Of a stretch of DNA of 64,000 bases, positions 60,309 to 64,000 are shown piece by piece. Under the pieces are notes generated by a model, which worked only from the letters and a program-made list of their open reading frames with translations, did not search any database and was not told the origin of the DNA. How positions within the stretch are numbered: the first letter of the stretch is position 1; each line of letters opens with the position of its first letter. Origin of the DNA: Spirochaetota bacterium. Lineage in GTDB: Bacteria; Spirochaetota; UBA4802; UBA5550. The position numbers were made by a program, and so were the translations under genes. The stretch spans positions 1,120,001 through 1,184,000 of the forward strand of contig CAXXHB010000003.1 of the NCBI GenBank assembly GCA_963664815.2. Reading direction: 5' to 3'.

Positions 60309-61115
60309 ATGATGGATATTTTTCTTTTATTTGTTTTTAATATTTTTACTGGTGCTGTTATATTTCTTATATTAAGTCTTAAAATTGAAAAAACATCATC
60401 GACTTTTCAGGAACAGAAACTGAGAAAAGAGATGGGTGAGATAATTACTGAGTTTAATTCTACGGCAGAGAGAAATATAACACTTCTGGAAAATCGTATT
60501 TCTGTTCTTAAAAAACTGTTAAACGAAAGTGGTTCATTGAAAGGTGTTGATTTTATTGTGTCAGATGAGAATATGAAAAATAACAGCCCGAAGAGAAACC
60601 CGGATCAATCAGAAAACGTATTTCCGGGAATAAAGGGTGAAAAAGAACAGGGGAGGGATATCGTTGAGAATAAATCACCCGTATTAAAAGTTGATAATAC
60701 TATCATCGGAAATTTTATGGATAAAATTCAATCTATAAATAAAGCTGAAAGTGTTTCTGATTCAAAAGAAAAGATAAGAAATATAAATGAAAACGAATAT
60801 AACAGGAAAAGAGATGAGAGGAATGAACGGGATATTAAAGATGGGAAATTGTATAACTCATCGTTTATAATCGAAAAAGATATAAGAGATATAAATATCC
60901 GCAGCAGCCATATTGATTTATCTGCTGATGAAGATATTACACTGAAATATGAAAAAGAAAAAACTGTTGATATTATGGAATTATTTCAGAAGACAGATGA
61001 TAAATATCTTCTGATTGCACAATTATTCAATGAAGGACATTCTGTTGAAGAACTTTCTCAGTACTCAGGCCTTCCTGCTGGAGAAATAAAACTTGTCATC
61101 AGTTTAAATTCTTAG
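60309..61115 (+). CDS. Hypothetical TM/coiled-coil protein with C-terminal HTH-like end (DUF6115-like)
   Basis: N-terminal TM, ERNITLLE coiled coil, G.SVEELS....GEIKLVISL. Confidence 0.7.
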   Translation: MMDIFLLFVFNIFTGAVIFLILSLKIEKTSSTFQEQKLRKEMGEIITEFNSTAERNITLLENRISVLKKLLNESGSLKGVDFIVSDENMKNNSPKRNPDQSENVFPGIKGEKEQGRDIVENKSPVLKVDNTIIGNFMDKIQSINKAESVSDSKEKIRNINENEYNRKRDERNERDIKDGKLYNSSFIIEKDIRDINIRSSHIDLSADEDITLKYEKEKTVDIMELFQKTDDKYLLIAQLFNEGHSVEELSQYSGLPAGEIKLVISLNS

Positions 61116-61204
61116 CATATTGTATATATTAGGTAATATTAAATTAAGAAAGTATTAACAGTTTGGGATGTTACTATAATCACAGAAAATGGACAGGAAA
61201 AAAA

Positions 61205-62056
61205 ATGGATCTTACAATAAAAAGATTAACCGCAGAAGAGTTTGCTAAATTTGCCAAGCTTATCTATGATGAGAGCGGTATTTTTATGAAGGATACAAAG
61301 ATTACACTTTTATCTAACCGGCTTAGAAAAAGGTTAAGCGCGCTTTCCCTTAATGAGTTTGGTGATTATTATAATTATCTTCAGGCGTTGGCCGGCGAGC
61401 CTAAGAGAAAGGAGTACGAGGAATTGCTTGATGTTGTTTCAACCAACGAAACATATTTCTTCAGGAATGAAAGACATTTCGAGGCATTAACTGATGTTTG
61501 TCTTCCTGAACTGGCTAAAATTAAAACCGACAAAAAGCTTAAAATATGGAGTGCGGCATGTTCAACTGGTGAGGAGCCTTATACAATAGCTATATGTGTA
61601 CTTGAATGTATGAAATATTTTCATGGATGGGACATCGAAATAATTGCTACTGATATTGCTCCTTCAGTTCTTGAATTTGCACGTGACGGTTATTATTCAG
61701 GCAGAAGGATTGAAAAAGTATCACCTGAACATCTAAAAAAATATTTTACGCTTGAAGATAAAGAAAAGGGCGTATATAAGGTCAATGACGAGTTAAAGAA
61801 AATGGTTAATTTTTATTATCTGAATTTTTTTAAAAATCCATTTCCTAAAAATCTTGATATAATATTCTGCAGAAATGTAATGATATATTTTGATAAAATT
61901 CATCAGAAAAGTCTGGTTTCTGATTTTTATCAATCTATCAAGGACACTGGATATCTTTTTATAGGTCATTCGGAAACTCTTCATTCGATTTCAGAAGACT
62001 TTATTTATAAAAAAATTTTAGAATCTCCGATTTACATTCCTAAGCTCAGGAGTTGA
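61205..62056 (+). CDS. cheR: CheR methyltransferase (second paralog)
   Basis: STNETYFFR, WSAACSTGEEPY, CRNVMIYF, IGHSE. Confidence 0.96.
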   Translation: MDLTIKRLTAEEFAKFAKLIYDESGIFMKDTKITLLSNRLRKRLSALSLNEFGDYYNYLQALAGEPKRKEYEELLDVVSTNETYFFRNERHFEALTDVCLPELAKIKTDKKLKIWSAACSTGEEPYTIAICVLECMKYFHGWDIEIIATDIAPSVLEFARDGYYSGRRIEKVSPEHLKKYFTLEDKEKGVYKVNDELKKMVNFYYLNFFKNPFPKNLDIIFCRNVMIYFDKIHQKSLVSDFYQSIKDTGYLFIGHSETLHSISEDFIYKKILESPIYIPKLRS

Positions 62057-62058
62057 GA

Positions 62059-62538
62059 ATGTCTTATGAACTGATCAATGTTGGTATAGCGGATATGGGT
62101 GTAGCCATGTCTCCGAATATTTTAAGGACTATTCTTGGTTCCTGTGTTGGTATCTGTATTTATGATCCGAAAGTGAAAATAGGCGGCCTTTCACACATAA
62201 TGCTCCCTACCAGTAAAAAACCGTCTCATAATATAAAAAAATATGCAGATACCGCAATTCCATTGATGATTGATGAAATGCTTGCACTTGGAGCCGGCAG
62301 GGAACGTATGATTGCTAAACTTGCCGGAGGGGCAACGATGTTCAAGCATACAGGAAATTCCCTGATGGGAGACATCGGGAAAAATAATATTCAAAGTGTG
62401 AAGGAAATACTTGCATCATTAAAAATTCCCGTACTCTGTGAAGAGTTGGGGGGTGACTATGGCAGAACAATTGATTTCTATCTTGAAACCGGGGAAGTAA
62501 AAATTAAGACTATAGGCAAAGAACCGATTATTATATAG
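62059..62538 (+). CDS. cheD: CheD (second paralog)
   Basis: VGIAD, LGSCVG, HIMLP, KYADTA, GGATMF. Confidence 0.95.
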   Translation: MSYELINVGIADMGVAMSPNILRTILGSCVGICIYDPKVKIGGLSHIMLPTSKKPSHNIKKYADTAIPLMIDEMLALGAGRERMIAKLAGGATMFKHTGNSLMGDIGKNNIQSVKEILASLKIPVLCEELGGDYGRTIDFYLETGEVKIKTIGKEPIII

Positions 62539-62548
62539 GAAGTTATAC

Positions 62549-63415
62549 ATGGAGAGCATGACTGGTTACGCGTTTCTGGAAAAAAGTACGGAACAGTTTT
62601 CGTATTCAATTGAAATAAAATCATTAAACGCAAAGTATCTGGAAGTATACGTAAATTTACCGAAGATTTTAAGAAATGAAGAAAATGAATATATTCAGAT
62701 TATAAAGACGCATTTCAGCAGAGGTAAAATTGAGCTTTCTATCGATATATTTGACTGGAACAGTACAAAGCCGGTCTCGCTTAATCTTGAGCTTATGAAA
62801 AAGTATTATCATGAACTTGAGATTCTTCATAAAACACTAAAAATTAAAGAACCGATAAAATTTGAATCTCTTCTGATGCTGGAGGGTATTACACAAAGAG
62901 AAAGGACCTCATTGTCAGATAAATCAAAGAAAGAGATGCTGAATGTGCTTAGTCTGGTAATTAACAAGACAATTGATATGAGAAAAAAAGAAGGAATCTC
63001 TATTAAAAAAGATATTACGTTATCTCTATCTCAAATTAGCAAAGATGTTCAAAAAATAAAGTCTTTGTCCGGAAAGGTACTTGAAGAGAAAAAAGAGAAC
63101 TTAAAATCCAGGCTAAAGTCAATCACGAATGGTAACATAGACAATAACCGTTTATATGGAGAAATAGCACTTCTTGCTGATAAACTTGATATAAATGAAG
63201 AGCTGGTAAGATTAGATGATCATCTTAAGAAGTTCAAGATTATGCTGAAGGAGAAAGATCAGCAGGGGAGAAAATTCGATTTTCTTGCTCAGGAACTATT
63301 CAGGGAGATTAATACAATTGCCTCAAAGTCAAATAATTCACAAATATCTCAGATTGCAGTTGAAGTTAAAAATCATATTGATAAAATAAGAGAACATTGC
63401 CGGAATGTAGTATAA
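62549..63415 (+). CDS. yicC: YicC/YloC family endoribonuclease
   Basis: SMTGY, EELVRL, GRKFDFLAQELFREINTIASK. Confidence 0.95.
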   Translation: MESMTGYAFLEKSTEQFSYSIEIKSLNAKYLEVYVNLPKILRNEENEYIQIIKTHFSRGKIELSIDIFDWNSTKPVSLNLELMKKYYHELEILHKTLKIKEPIKFESLLMLEGITQRERTSLSDKSKKEMLNVLSLVINKTIDMRKKEGISIKKDITLSLSQISKDVQKIKSLSGKVLEEKKENLKSRLKSITNGNIDNNRLYGEIALLADKLDINEELVRLDDHLKKFKIMLKEKDQQGRKFDFLAQELFREINTIASKSNNSQISQIAVEVKNHIDKIREHCRNVV

Positions 63416-63665
63416 TATTGTTATTCATGTTTTATCAGACAATTGATATTTATAAATGGGATGTGTAATGATTTATTCAGTCTCGCCGGATTATTAATAA
63501 AAACCAGAGATCTGAAAGTATGACGGTTTTTTCTGATGATTTTAATAAATAGTTTTTTGCCGTCATTATTAAATTATATTAAATTATTTTTAGAAATGCA
63601 TTTGATCGTAAAATCATCTTGACAGAAAAAAACATTAAAAAGGAAATACTGACTGAAATTATAAT

Positions 63666-63917
63666 ATGAAAACTACATTATTAAATATAGGCTTCGGAAA
63701 TGCCGTTGTTGAAGAAAGAATCATTGCAGTGATAACACCTTCTTCAGCTTCCGGAAAAAGATTACGGGAAGATGCGAGAGAGAATAATCTTCTTGTGGAT
63801 GCAACTCATGGAAGAAAAACGAGATCTATAATTATTATGGACAGCAATCATATTGTTCTCTCGGCAATGCAGCCTGAAACTCTTTCAAACAGGCTTTCAA
63901 ATAACTCGGACAACTAA
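63666..63917 (+). CDS. remA: RemA/DUF370 family protein
   Basis: LLNIGFGN, DATHGRKTRS, HIVLSAMQPET. Confidence 0.92.
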   Translation: MKTTLLNIGFGNAVVEERIIAVITPSSASGKRLREDARENNLLVDATHGRKTRSIIIMDSNHIVLSAMQPETLSNRLSNNSDN

Positions 63918-63918
63918 A

Positions 63919-64000
63919 ATGATTTTTGTAATATCAGCTCCATCCGGCGCAGGGAAAACCACATTAATTAATAGGTTACTTGAATATGATAACAGTCTGA
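63919..64000 (+). CDS. gmk: Guanylate kinase, 5' part (truncated by window edge)
   Basis: MIFVISAPSGAGKTTL; conserved yicC-remA-gmk order. Confidence 0.88.
   Translation, partial: MIFVISAPSGAGKTTLINRLLEYDNSL

Noticed and set aside
2032-62394. Numerous antisense or overlapping ORFs in the track (e.g. 2032-2685, 15460-16122, 35617-36252, 58121-58648)
   Set aside because: They are shadows of well-supported genes on the opposite strand or frame, with no motifs or RBS.

Overview
AT-rich bacterial chromosomal segment, most likely from a spirochete related to the Leptospirales. The evidence is a DUF1577-like protein, a fliY-fliO-fliPQR-flhBAF-flhG-fliA-fapA operon without fliM, and a Jag_N-FapA fusion; this assignment is inference. 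The left third holds accessory genes (HlyIII/PAQR, AraC-GyrI, MFS, flavodoxin, RND pump, alpha/beta hydrolase, orphan PD-(D/E)XK-like protein, VWA, LysE), then a CheY-less chemotaxis operon (STAS-cheA-mcp-cheW-cheR-cheD-cheB), a class III nucleotide cyclase and a second MCP. The middle holds a Gld-like ABC system, lon, tRNA-Leu(GAG), ndk, alaA, tRNA-Ser(GGA), dnaX-ybaB-recR, der and tsaB/tsaE. The right third is a flagellar export/regulatory operon followed by cheR, cheD, yicC, remA and a truncated gmk. No CRISPR array, transposase or prophage was seen. The strongest unexplained signals are non-coding or missed by the ORF track: (1) five degenerate ~94-bp tandem units with covarying hairpins, just upstream of a small Lys/Ala-tailed basic protein that has a candidate sigma-28 promoter; (2) two ~115-bp structured direct repeats flanking a TetR gene; (3) an unlisted 57-aa YjfB-like gene with a near-consensus sigma-28 promoter; (4) a 44-bp perfect palindrome; (5) a 1-kb ORF-less gap with 11-bp repeats where motAB often lies; (6) a frameshifted VOC gene.
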